From Takakia lepidozioides (Eukaryota; Plantae; Bryophyta), in the NCBI GenBank assembly GCA_030704615.1, contig CM060734.1, positions 39,742,001-39,806,000 of the forward strand: 64,000 bases of DNA, given 5' to 3'. A program made the position numbers and the translations under genes. Each line of letters starts with the position of its first letter. Positions within the stretch are counted from its first letter, which is position 1. The notes under the pieces were generated by a model, which saw only the letters and a program-made list of their open reading frames with translations, had not been told where the DNA came from and made no database searches. This document shows positions 1 through 12,810 of the stretch, in pieces.

Positions 1-756
1 GAGCGAGTCAAGCACATAGGGATGATGCATGTGACCTGCAAGAACCCTATCATTTATACTAAGTGGTACAACAGCCCACATGTTGCTATGCTTGGTCGCT
101 TCATCAATTTCTCCCCACACTGAAACAGTTTGAAGGGCCTCACCCCACCGTCACTAGCAATGCAGGAAAGATTGCAAGTTGGTAATATCAATCAAGCCCT
201 TCTTGATACTGTCAACACGATCCAGCCCCTGCATAAACGTCAACCTGAGAACAAGGACTGGATGGCGGAGATTGACCGGAAGCTCGAGGCACATTCTATA
301 TCTATCCGTACAGACCTGCACACCGACATCAACGATATGGAGACCCAGCTTGTAGACTCTATCACACACCAACAACTAGAATACCATAAGTACATGTTAT
401 CGCTACACAAATCCATCACCGAATCCTTGGGCCAAAATCTGGCAAACTTTTACCATCACGCGGGCCTCATTCTCGCAAAGTTGCCCCAACTCCCTGGCTC
501 CACCTCTACTCATGACAACGGGACCCCACCACCTGTGGAGCCTGGCTCTCTCTCTCATCGCCACCGCCCTGTCATAACGAACTTCTTCCATGCGGCACCC
601 GAACTCAATGCAATGCTGCACCCACAGGCCAAATCACGGCTCCCCAACGTGGCTGTCAACCTTGAACGCAGTGGAGAATCGTCACCTGCTCCCAACACAC
701 ACGCCGTTACAGCAGCTTTCGCTCTCTCCGCTGCACACAACGATGCTCATGCGTAA
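1..756 (+). pseudogene. C-terminal part of a putative LINE ORF1
   Basis: Frame 1 is open from base 1 except for TGA at 121-123; the 208-aa ORF has a helical/coiled-coil-like stretch. Position upstream of the APE-RT ORF. No diagnostic motif. Confidence 0.45.
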
Positions 757-3354
757 TTCCCTGGGGCAAAGCTGCACCCAACAGGCTTACTCTAGCTTCC
801 GAGTCGCACTCTATTCTCTTCTATGTGTTGTTTCCTTTCTCGTACTTTTATGTTTCAATGTATCCTGCTCAAAATGTTACTCTACAGCTCTGAATGATTC
901 CACCACGATAGCACACTCAATACAAACTCTCACTTTCTCTCCTACTTACTCTCAATCGTCACTCTGCACTACTGGTGTCCCCTGTCACCACTCTCCCCTC
1001 TCTCTACAATTTGCAATCACATCCCACGGTCTCAATAAAGCCATCAATCTCAATCACTACTAACCTAGGCCAACCGCGCCCTGCCCTGCCACCCGCCTAG
1101 CCACATGTTCTAGTCACGCCACGTGCCATAACCAGATCGCTGCTGACTCTCCCCCACGCACGTTTATATCTCAGCACCCCCACGTCTTCCTCCTCAACCC
1201 CAGCTATATCTGCACCCGAGACCGTTTGTACCCCACCTCTCCCTGCGTGGACCTACCATACCCCGCCACCTGCTGGCCCCTCCCACCTGCAACCCACACT
1301 GACCCTACCACCCACGGATGCACCGCGCGTGCAACCTTCCCCACCCTTGAAATTAACAACCCCCCCCCCCACATGCTCCCAAATTTAAATCTGTATAAAA
1401 TTCCCCCCACCCGTTACCACCCTCGCCCCTTATATCACTGCACCCACCCTGCCCTGCCACCTCAAGTCTCCTGGCATTATTACCTGGCACCCCCCAGAGC
1501 CCAGTGTTCAAATCCCCATACGCCAACACCACGCTTCGTGTATTGTACGGTCCTCTACACTACCCACCATATTACCCGCTAGACTTCCTAACGGTCCTAC
1601 CGACTATACGGTCCTACTAATACGCCCCAATACAAATAAAATTATAGCCCCCCACACTCATATGCCTGCACCAAATAGAATCATACTTTCCCACACTCAC
1701 ACATCCGTGACACGCAACCTGTATTTCATTCATTCGTGGATGCGTTCATCCACGTCCTCACCCAACGCCGTGCATCCACGCAACGCGCCTACCCTCCTTA
1801 TACTCTCCACACTACCAACAGCCACCCCCACCGAACGTCATCTCAGTCACCCTCGGAAACATCCATTCACTACCTGCCCAATTATACCCATATACAAAAA
1901 TAATAAGCCCATACTCCTACCCATGAACACCATGCAAACTTGGATAAATGTACCTCATCCAACCCAGCTAAATACACATACCCCTCCCCGCTACGGCTCC
2001 CCGTATCCCACCCATTTAGACTCATGCTCCCCACACCTTTATAATATGCCACTACATAATCGATACATGCTCACCCCTAACCATACCCCCTGCACTCACA
2101 CTCCTCTTACCCATCACCGACACTCATCCAAATTCAGGGTCCTTCATCCGTGCCTCTGCCCACACTCATCCATCCGAGTATGTCGCCCACTTATCCAATC
2201 TCCCCCACTCTAATTAAATCTATACTCCCCACCCAACATACATCCACATTAAATTTTTACCAACCCCACCACATGCGCTCCTACACAACAAACCCCTTCC
2301 ATGACCACCAGACGACTCCACACACTAATCTCAAAGCAATAAAATCCCCCCCACACACAAAAACAACCAGCTCCACACGTCCCCACCACGACACCACCAC
2401 ATTAACCCCCCTAATACACCTTTTCAACAACTACCCCATGCATCCCTACCCCCCGTTCCCTTAAAATCCAACTTATAATACACTGCCCACATGGGAGATA
2501 TCACCAAAAACCTCTCGCATCTAAACATTCATCTCACCATCCACCGTCCCACTCTAAGCCCTATAAACTTGCCTGTGAAACGCTTATACTACTACGCTGC
2601 GGCGACATCCACCCCAACCCAGGCCCCTCTACCATCACTAGCATCATCAACAAGCTTTCCACAGACCATAAAGCCAGATATGCACTATATTTCCAAGCAG
2701 ACATTGTTTCCCTCGTACTTGCATATCAACACCTTAATGGCCACTTCTCTCCTTTTCTCCCCACCCCTTCCACCAATAACCGCAAACCCACCCACCCAAT
2801 TGCCATCTTTTGGGCTCCCTGCCTGCCAACACCCTTTTCTAGTCAGTGCCACCCATAAACTTAGCACATATCCCATACAACACCTCATATTCTCACTAAT
2901 CATCATCATCTCCCCAATACCCTCAATATGCAACGACTACTTTCGAACCCAACCAGACACACGCATTTGTTCACTACTACAACAATTGCAGGATTTACCC
3001 ACGCTACCTCACAGATATCTAGCACCCCCACACTACCTACACAACCTCCACGAATCTCTTGGCTTACTACAAGCCCAACCTGGAGTAATCCACAGGATTC
3101 TCGGCAAACATCTGGCACACCCACTTGCAACCATTCACGAACTAGATCTCGTCGCCAACAAATTCCCATTCCTCTCCAAAAAAATTCTCACTGCAACCCT
3201 TCAAGCCAGGACCGGCATCCCTGGATATCAACCCCCGCCCATGAAACCGACACCCACTACCCCACCCTACATGGCCAGCTCCACCAGTGACTCACCTCCA
3301 ACCCCCCCAAGATCACACAACCCCCCACACACCTCCTCTTCCCTGCAAGCACAC

Positions 3355-4135
3355 GCACTCAACATACTTCCTTGGAATGTCGGATCACTTGCCACCAGCA
3401 TTCAAAGCCTTATCCATCTCACAGAGTCTACACCCCCGCACATCATCCTACTACAAGAAACTAAACTCAACACACACAACCCCAATAGTTCATATATCAA
3501 CAAACTCCTTCCAGCCTATTATATGTTGTATGGTAGCTCATTCACAGCCGCACAGTGCCTAACTAGACGTTCCGCGCCATAGCATCCTACCCGGGGCGGG
3601 GTGGCTTTTGGTATTCTCCGCACACATCACTCCCCTAGCACCATGGTCAAAATGCCTGTCGCTCTCCCCCTCCGCTCACACCTTCAAATCATCAAACTCC
3701 ACCTCCCCGCGCTCCTCCCCATTATCCTTATACACTTGTACATGCCCACACACGCCGAAGATCTCCCCTTGATCCCTGATATCCTATTTACCATCTCCAA
3801 CACACTAACCCAATCCTCCACCGACTCCCAACACTACATCCTAGGAGGCGATTTCAACAGGGACATTGCCCTGATGGGTCACACATACAACGGCATACGC
3901 AAAACTCCATCCCCTGCAGACCAGGAATGGGCCAAGTTTACTCAATCACACCACCTCCGTTATATACCCGCCGACCATCATTATTCCAGACAAGGTGGAC
4001 ACAACTACTCATCCTTAAGCCTTTTTTACGGCTTCTACCTCAGGACACAAAATGACACCCCAACGTACCTTAACAGTCATGTGCACATTAATAGTTTATG
4101 CAACTCAGACCATTATCCCATTTCAATAACCCTCC
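3355..4135 (+). pseudogene. LINE AP-like endonuclease domain (APE)
   Basis: Motifs ILPWNVGSL, IILLQETKL, ILGGDFNRD, NSDHYPI; one in-frame stop at 3580-3582. Confidence 0.92.
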
Positions 4136-5089
4136 CACCATCCCTCATCCCCTTTAGACCCATTCCACCCATACATGTTCCACCGCCGCAATCTAGAATT
4201 TTATCCCCACTCCCCCACAATAACATAGTCACCTTTCTAAAGCACTTCCAACCAACATCCTGACACATTATGCTAAAACTCTCTGACATACTCTCCGAAG
4301 CAAACCTTGCGCAGTCCCCAGACAAAGCCTGGATCGAAGCCGAGATCATACTCACAACTTCAATGAAAGAAATGACCAAAAGTGTCATTGCCACCTGCTC
4401 TGCCCCTCCTGAAATCCCACAAACTCCACGCTCAAAACAAAATGGTGGCTACCTTACCCGTACTCAAAAACATACATGGACATCACATCTTAACACATAC
4501 CACATGATCAGACGCGCCCTTACTATTATACCTACCACTACCTCCATACACCCGAGGAATAACTAGACATCGGATCCACGTATCACTTGCCTAAATACCT
4601 TGACAACATGTCAAGCACTTATGCCTCCACCTGCCAATCCTCAAGATATTCCTAATTGGATAGCTGCTCTCTCCAAAGTTGGAAGAGATGCCAAAAAAGC
4701 CGCTTACAGTATTACCAAACAAAAAGCCACCGCCAATCACAAAAAAAAATTCTCCTCTTTTAACCAACTACTATGTGACCACCCCAAAAAAACTCACAAA
4801 GCCATCTTTAACCTTGCCCTCAACCCACCAATCGATTGTCTCAAACATAGGCATGGCCACCTGCTAACTAATCCAATGGACATCAACCAAGAAATATGGT
4901 TACAAGCATCCTCGACCTACACTCCCACAGTTACAAACTGTCTACACCCTAGTCTCCACACTGCCAACTGTATGTGTAAAGCTAAATACTATCCATGGCA
5001 TGATATCGATGGCTTCTCGATTGACAGCAGAGGATCCCCAGCGGACCGCATTCTAGACTTATTCACAATAGATCTCTACAAATCATGTC

Positions 5090-6080
5090 TCAAAAAACTA
5101 TCTAAATCTAAAGCCCCGGGCCCTGATCTTATCCCAAATGCCATACTTCAAGTATTGGACCCTCAACTTCATCACCTCTTCTTTAAATTTTTTCAACTAT
5201 GTTACAAACTGAAACGAATCCCACACTCTTGGAAGCATAGCCGCACCATTTTACTCTTTAAAAAAGGTGACCCTACAGATCTTAGTAACTACAGGCCTAT
5301 AGCACTGGCCAACACCATATACAAGCTATTCACCAGCACGCTCACCACAATGCTCTCAAGCTATGGCGAACAACACCAAATTCTCAGTGACCCCTAAGAA
5401 GGATTCTGCGCTACGCGTAGTACAACAAGACAAATACAATATGTTCTATCTGCCCTCGAAGATGCTAAAATTACAAAGCAAGACATATATCTCTTATATA
5501 TCGACTTTAAAAATGTCTTCGGCTCCTTAGATCATGCTAGGCTACTAGCTATCATGCTTGATCTTGGGTACCCCACTGATGCCGTCCAACTTATAGGAAA
5601 CATCTACACAAATAGTACCATTGAATACTTTGGTGCCTACTATGGCTCCACCCCGCCTATCTCCATCCTCCGAGGAACCATCCAAGGAGACACCTTAAGT
5701 CCTTACCTATTCATTATCTTCCTAGAACCCCTACTCCGCTGGCTCGCCCGTGGCAAACTTGGGTATCAATACAAAACCTCCTCAAGTGACATCTCAGCTG
5801 CAGCATATGCAGATGATCTCGCCATCCTAGCACACAAACCACACCACCTAAACCGACAAGTTCATAAACTATTTCGATTCAATCTATGGTCAGGCATGGA
5901 ACTCAGCTTACACAAATGCGCCATCACTGCGCCACACATCACAGTCGGCTCACTAAAGCAGCCATAGCCTCACATTGCAAACTCTACGTACACTACCAAA
6001 ACACACCTTTCCCCTTCCTGGGACCAGATGAGCCATACACCTACCTGGGTATCCAATTAATACCCTCCCTCACCTGGCAC
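5090..6080 (+). pseudogene. LINE reverse transcriptase domain
   Basis: KAPGPDLIP, YRPIALANTIYKLF, YIDFKNVFGS, GTIQGDTLSPYLF, AYADDL, YTYLGI; stop at 5395-5397 and a frameshift near 5940. Confidence 0.95.
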
Positions 6081-7167
6081 ATCCAAAAAAACTCTACATC
6101 ATCCAAACTAGCTACCAACAATCTGGCCCTGCTCAAATCCCCAATTGTCATCCGTCCGAAACTATCAATTATTCAATCCGTACTACAAACACAAATCCAA
6201 TACTCATTTCACGCCGCACCCTTCTCCCTACCAGACATCAAAAAACTTGATAAAAAGCATTATTCAACTTACAAAGCGCGTCTGTGGCTTACCAACTAGT
6301 ACCCCTAATGCCCTCGCGCAACTCCCAACTGACAGCTACGGGATCGGTTCGAGCCCCTTAATCATATCATATGCTCGCACATTAGGTACACAATTAAAAG
6401 AAGCACTCAACGATCCTGGACGACTCGGTCTCATCTATCAGGGCCTCCTCAAACACCTCGCATTAAAATACAATGGTCTTTACTCACTATCATCATTACA
6501 CCCACAAGCCTGCCTACACTCCCCTACTGCCCGCACACTACTCATTCTACGCCAAATGACAATCAGCATACAAACCGACCTGCTAGATTACCCTAACACC
6601 TCGTCACCCCTAGAACGCGCATGGCTCACAAGCCCTTTCTTATCACAATTCGACATCTCTCATCCAAAACAAAAAATCCCCATCCTCACCTATTTCAAAG
6701 AACGCAAATTACCACCATCACCCAACTTACCACCGCCTCCGGCCGTCGACTCTTAAAACCCAGCAAATTCACTCTTAAATTCTCCCGAGCTACTACCAAA
6801 ACCACTCGATACCTACACCATCTCCGAACCCTCTTCTGTCATCCCTCAGCAACCTGCACCCTCCACTGCAATATCCCATGTCTCTACTATCCCCATACGG
6901 TTCAAGACCTACTCCCCCAGTACCAATCCTCCCCTACTACCTCCATCTACCAACACTTAGAACGGCATATGCCGCCAATACCCCACAATCACAGAACCCG
7001 GCCCCCATCTACTAACACTACCTACAAACATACCGAACTTGACCACAACCCGAATGTGCCATTCACCCCTCACCTAATATGCAAGGCTCCCCCACCACTC
7101 CCAACCACTCACCACCCCCCCCCCCCCCCCCCCGTCTTCTCCACACAACGATAACAATAATAATGCA

Positions 7168-7310
7168 TACATCATTGAAGCCATACTAGGAGTCAAAATC
7201 CAAACATCAATCGATGCCTTTGGTGCCACCTGTATTGACACCTACTACCACTGTAAATGGGTTGGTTACTCCTCAGAAGACAACACATGGCAAATAGAAG
7301 ATGATCTATT
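7168..7310 (+). other. Chromodomain embedded in LINE ORF2
   Basis: Frame-1 translation (not in the ORF track): YIIEAILGVKIQ...YYHCKWVGYSSEDNTWQIEDDL, matching the chromodomain consensus YxVExIL...YxVKWxGYxxxxNTWExxxNL. Confidence 0.8.
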
Positions 7311-7777
7311 TGGCCTACATGACGATTGTGACCCCGAACACAATCTTGCCCTTCTCACCTCCTTCCATAAACATACTAACATGGACTACTTAACACACAT
7401 TCACCAACAACATACCACCCCCGCCCAACTTACAGATAGTCATTACATTCACCAGTCGATCTCTGCCCCTAACGTGCACATATGCATAACTGAGTGTAAC
7501 CCCATCAAAGATGTCAAGCACTTTTTTACGCGGGCCCCTGCCTTTCCAATATTTACGCTCAACACGGCCGCTTCATTGGAATCATTCCTAATAACAGATT
7601 AACATGGTTGTGGGAGAAGTATTATGCTGCCAACTCATACCCACAATCTCTACAACCCCCAAAACAAGACTTCGCGACCAAATTATATTGGCTCGTAGAC
7701 CGCTACCTCAAAGACACCCCCCCCCCCCCCCCCCCAAGGAGCCACGATCCCTCACCCGACTAGAAATGGCATGCGCA

Positions 7778-8065
7778 CACCATGCCGTACCCCAAGATAT
7801 CCTCGCCTTGCTTATCCATACATTCCAGCTTACTCACTCATATTACTCCAATCCACTGACATGTCCTATGGACTTGCACACATTTTCCAGCCCGCACCAC
7901 AGGGATTGTCTCTTTGGAGCTACCGGTAATGCTACCCAACATACCTGGGAGGGTAAGGGCTTTGCCCACCCCCCCTCTGGCCCTCTCGCTTATGAAGCTC
8001 TCCAATGGGCAAGATTCGCAACACACTCCTCTCCTTTTGCCTCCACAATCCTCATCCTCACACAA
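7778..8065 (+). other. PCIF1/CAPAM-like N6-adenine methyltransferase-fold segment in LINE ORF2 (catalytic motif degenerate)
   Basis: HAVPQDILALLIHTFQLTHSYYSNPLTC..FSSPHHRDCLFGATG..WEGKGFAHPPS parallels the PCIF1 core as recalled (..LP..VF..L...F.V..ECFASPLNC..Y.S....D..FGS.G....GSFEANPPF). Confidence 0.55.
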
Positions 8066-8489
8066 CAAAATACACCTAGCACCCCCCACCCTCTCCTACG
8101 ACTCCCGAAAGGGGTCAATCTACTCACCACAATTGACCCAAATCAGCTTAAGTACGCTCATACCCCCCTCTTCCCAAGTACCTCAAAAGGAAAGAACCTA
8201 CCGCTAACTCTGATTCTACATGTCCAAAACCCCCTTCACACAAACATACCAACACCTTTTTTCCACCAGCTAGACCAGTTGCTAACCATAACTCATAAAA
8301 TGAAGGCCACCATCCATCACCCAGCTACACCCCCACACACCCGCACAACCACCACATCTCCCCGGATCAGAACAAACAAAGCCTGGGGCATGGCACAACC
8401 GCGCCCCCCCAGGTAATACCAGCAACCCTCCTTCCCCCAATCCCCTTGATATACCAGCAAAACACCACCCTCAAGTATCCCCCGACAAA

Positions 8490-8890
8490 CTCACAATACA
8501 CTGCTAGATCCCTCACCAAACCCAATGCAGGCTATGGAATTTATCACGCCGGCAGCGGTCGGGGTGTTGCCCTCCGGCTCCCTGGCCCTGCCACCATCCT
8601 GAGGGCTGAGCTCATGGCCATCCACGACGCCCTCTCTCTACTTGACGCTTCCCCCCCCCCCCCCCCCCATACTACATTTTTCAATGATAGCCTCACCTCT
8701 CTATTTCTTATTCGAAATCATATCTCCCGCTCTTCTTCCCAATATCATCACCCCGACCGCAACCTCATTGCCGACATTGTCCAAAGGGCCATTTCCAAAA
8801 ACCATCCAGTCCATTTCCTCAAAGTCCGCTCGCACACTGGCATTCATGGTAATGAAGAAGCAGACCTACTCGCTCAACTCGGAGCCTCTC
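8490..8890 (+). pseudogene. LINE RNase H domain
   Basis: GYGIY, ILRAELMAI, FNDSLTSL, FLKVRSHTGIHGNEEADLLA; the first motif reads YTARS instead of YTDGS. Confidence 0.9.
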
Positions 8891-9237
8891 AACCCACAAT
8901 CGAACCCACAACCGACCCTATTCACATCGCCCATACCCACCCCTTCTGGTTCATACACCCCGTCTCGGACCCCCCTGCACCCGGACCAATCCAAAACCTT
9001 TTGACCACTCTAACTAGAGAAGCAAACAAGCAAGTTGCAGCCTCCCTCAGTCACACCAAAGTACACATCCAAAAATGGACTCAATCAAATGTATTACACC
9101 ATAAACTCTCTAATTATTTCTGGCTAACCAAAACTACCACTGATGCACAAATCCGACAAACACTCAAATTCAGATACGCCCAATACATGGGTCACCAGCA
9201 CAAACACATCTTCTGGCCGCATATGTTCCCTTCTCCA

Positions 9238-9906
9238 TACTGCCCATTATGCTCAAGCACTCACCAAGCTCGTGACACCTGGCCACATCTCCTCAACCAA
9301 TGTACACACCCGATCATACATGGCCTTCATATCACGCGACACAACTAGGCAGTCTGGCACCTCCATAAGCTCTTTCTAAACCGTGCTGAAACCAGATGGT
9401 TCTCGCTCATAAACGTTGGCACCTACCAAGGTCGGCCACCCGACCACATTGTGCCACCCTGGATGCTACCGTGTATATGTACCCGATCACCATGCTCATG
9501 CCCTGCTAGGCTTTGTCCGGACATACTCCTTGTACAAGGCCTACCCATTAACACCCTACCCCCCACCTCACCATCCTCACAATTCACCATTCATTTTATT
9601 GAATTCACATTTTGCCACGATCGTTACCCCAATGACTCGATTTTAGAAAAACGTAAAAAATATGCCTCGCTTATCCGTGCAATCAGACGGTATGGATGGA
9701 AAACTGGGCCGTTAACCGTCATCACCGTCGGTACTCGAGGAGGCATTCATAATGTCAGCATCACCGACATACATGATAACTTCAAAATTCCCACTCTTCC
9801 CATTCACAAATGCTTCAAAGCAATTCACCTTACGGCACTCCGTTCACTCACAGCTATTATCACCAACAAATGCCAACTGGAATCCGGCACCTCAATCGCA
9901 CCCTAG
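9238..9906 (+). pseudogene. CCHC zinc finger plus restriction-like endonuclease (RLE)
   Basis: CPLC..DTWPHLLNQC..RHN, then (R>C)PDILL..IEFTF..EKRKKY..GW..VITVGTRGGI, the typical C-terminus of RLE-type non-LTR elements; stop at 9346-9348. Confidence 0.88.
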
Positions 9907-9943
9907 GTCCCTCAGGGTACCCCTGGGTGCCCAGGGGTACCAC

Positions 9944-10937
9944 TGTCGCGCGGCTTTTACTCACCCATCCCTTTGCTATCCGAGGCGGAAACTCCAAGAT
10001 AGAAGAGTTGGAAATCTCTAAGCACTCAGCCCGCTCAGAACAATCAGTCATGACCTACAGCTAGTGTATCATGGGGGTGTTTCCTATTTGTTTTCCTTCC
10101 CGCATTCATGTTAGCTAGTTACCTTACTGTGGTAATTAAGTATCAGTTTGCTTCAGCAATCTATCGGATTTCATCAACTCATCCATTCATTCCACAGCTT
10201 CACTCAGATCTCTCTACACAGTGTGAGTATGAAGTGTGTATCAGATTAATATCTATCAAGTATCAGTCTGAAGCCATGGAGTCTCTAATCTGCTCTACAT
10301 TACAATTCTATAGCTTGCATTTATTAAGCATCAACAGATCGTCCTCCTCCTACTCCGTGCTCTCCCTCTTTCTGCTCAGAGATACGCTCTCTGCCTCATT
10401 TTCCCCCCGTGATATCCGAAGTCCCCCAATAAGTGCTCCCCCACTCCTTCCAGCAGTGATTCCCCAAGAAGTGATCTTTTTCCAGTCTCGCTCCTCGCTT
10501 TATCTTCCTACCCGTTGTTCTAACCGTTTCCCTCACTAACCGTCATCCGTGAACTAACATGTTCCATTCGCAGATGTTGTTCCCCACAGTCGTTCCCTGT
10601 CTGCTATCCGTTCCCTATGGTGTCGTGACAGCTGTGTTCAAGCTGTGTGACTGTGTGTTGGACTGTTGTGTGGAGTGTGTCGTGTCTGTGTGTGTGGACT
10701 GACGGGCTGTGTGTTGGGTGTGAAGAGTGTTGGCTGTGACGGGTGTGTCGGACGAGCTGTGCTGTGACGGGCTGTGTCGGACTGTGACGAGCTGTGTTGG
10801 CTGTGACGGGCTGTGTAACCTCCCCTAAAGTGCACTGCTGTCACCCCTAAGGCTCCTGTTGGTCTCAGTCTGTGCAAAAATTAAGGGTACCCCACAGATC
10901 CCGTAAAAGTGTCTAAGTCCCAGACAGTCCTCTAACA
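9944..10937 (-). mobile_element. Solo LTR of gypsy family C
   Basis: TG...CA ends; aligns end to end with 49419-50464; 5-bp TSD ACCAC at 9939-9943 and 10938-10942. Confidence 0.95.
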
Positions 10938-11076
10938 ACCACAAACTACATTCTACGGTCACCTAGTATCCCACAAGACACCTTTCTTTTATAGGGCCCA
11001 CCCTCGAAAGGGGGCAGTAGCCGCAAGGCGAAGTGGCTCTTAGTTACGCCGGCTTCAGCCGGAGTCTTCTCTCTCT

Positions 11077-11785
11077 TTGAAGCAAACGGATGACATTCGG
11101 GGATATGTTCAGGCTTTTAATAAGCTATTGCTCGAAGTTGCGGATATGGCGGAACCAGAAATGGTCTTCAACTTTGTGGTGTGACAGGCCCGTGGGCCAG
11201 GCGGAAGTTGGAAGAGAAGCCACCTAAGACTTTGAACGAGGCAATTGAAAGGGCTGAATATTTCTCGGATGTCCCTACGGGCGAAAGACAAGGTCGTACA
11301 AAGCTGAACCACAAGAAGACTCGGCGGGAAGGTGACTCCTTCCGACCGGAAAAGAAGTGGGATAGGCCACGCGGCGACAATAGCACATAAAAATCGAAGG
11401 GAGGGCCTTCACACGTCAAGGCAGCACTCGGTGCTCCGAAAAGAAAATCAGGTGCGGCGGCTTATGGCGGACAGAAGGAGACATTCGATGGAGTGTGCTT
11501 TAATTGCGGGGAGCCCGGACACATGGCCAAGAAGTGCGCGAAACCCCGATAATTGAACATGACTCGGGCGACCACGGAGCTATCCGAAGAGTCCATCAAC
11601 CGCTTGGTGGAGGCGGTAGTCGCCAAGACTTGCAAGGTAGGCAACTACGCTTGTGGTTGTACCAGGAGACTGGCCCCTTGCGTAAATGGAGTCGGTTAAT
11701 GTTCGTGAGTGGGATAATTTCCGGAACTATGGTGTCGTTGTTGATGGACACATGAGCGTCATGCAAGTTCGTCGAGGGCTCCATC
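11077..11785 (+). pseudogene. Fragment of gypsy family B gag/protease
   Basis: Homologous to the reverse complement of about 28700-29460 (GPWARRKLEEKPPKTLNEAIERAE; knuckle CFNCGEPGHMAKKC). Confidence 0.9.
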
Positions 11786-12134
11786 CAAAGCCGCATCACA
11801 AGAAACAAACAAACATGTCCAAATTTAAGATGCTAAACAAACTTGTGCACAGGGCTGCCCCTCTCATCAAGCTCATTAAAATTCGTATTCACTTCCATCT
11901 TCAAGCCTTGGAGAAGCTCCACCACCCAAACCCAGAATTAGGACAGCACTCTGAGTTCCATCCACTGCCACCAGAATGAGTCAAAAAATGCCCTTTCAGT
12001 CAAGCTGACTTCCCACCTATGCCGGGTAGACCCCATGATGGTCAATACTCCTAGGAAATGGTGGATGGTCTGAGTAGCTACACAGATCAATGAATGAAGC
12101 AAGACACTCGCATCTTTCCAAGAAAGCATCCTTT

Positions 12135-12810
12135 CACTAGTAATCACCACAAGAACAAATCCCATCTTCAAAGTGGTGAAAGCGGTTAGCGTCTTCTTGA
12201 TGAGACAGAGAGGCATCCTAGGGGTCGTCTGATCAGCCCAAAACCAATGGCCAGCTTCTCACTGTGGTGGCAAAGAGAAAATTCCTTTTCCTCCTCCCCA
12301 CATCATGCAATACAAAGTGCGTGTCATACCCCACCTCCTTCATCTGCCCAGACAATCTTCTCAGCTCAACATGGATTTCCTTAATTCTAGGATGCAACTT
12401 GTCATCTACAATGAAGGTGTGCACCCTGTTGCCAACCTCAATGTAGCAGCGACCTGGCTCCTTTTTAACCCCTCTCACCTTCATCATTCTTCTCACCTAT
12501 GCAGTATCATCCCACTTGCCAACTGCAGCATAGACGTTTGATAGCAACAAGTCGTGACATCCTGTTCATCCTACTTGAGCATAGATGTTGCCACATGTTT
12601 AGCCATCTCCACATTGCCATGGATTTTGCAGGCACCAAGCAAGGCCTTTCATACCACAACATCTGGATTGATTGGCATTTTATTAATCATGTCCACTGCC
12701 TCATCCAGTTGTCCCGCACGTCCAAGAAGATCCACCATGTAGCCAAAGTGCTTTACTGTCGGAGTGATACCATGATCTTGACTCAGGGAATCAAAGTAGT
12801 GTCTTCCTTT
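12135..12810 (-). pseudogene. 3' part of a PLS-class PPR-E+/DYW RNA-editing factor gene
   Basis: GVKKEPGRCYIEV..HTF..HP, CHHSEKLAIGFGLI, RFHHFEDGICSCGDY* (the terminal Trp codon reads TAG); the CxxCH segment is deleted; frameshifts. Confidence 0.92.

Larger units (their letters stand above)
1..11076 (+). mobile_element. Decayed non-LTR retrotransposon with two endonucleases (Dualen/RandI-like LINE); 5' end outside the window; interrupted by a solo LTR at 9944-10937
   Basis: Ordered APE, RT, RNase H, CCHC and PD-(D/E)xK motifs on the + strand. Strongly C/A-rich sense strand. Ends in a structured UTR and CT tract (11065-11076) abutting an unrelated gag sequence. Confidence 0.88.

Noticed and set aside
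1060-3350. Josephin-like cysteine protease described in algal Dualen elements
   Set aside because: No convincing Q..C..H.LNN catalytic motif in the frames inspected; the region is C-rich and degenerate, so it is left unannotated.
10993-11040. Hammerhead ribozyme
   Set aside because: It has a GCC-GCAA-GGC-GAA hairpin but lacks the CUGANGA and GAAA core; kept only as an unknown structure.
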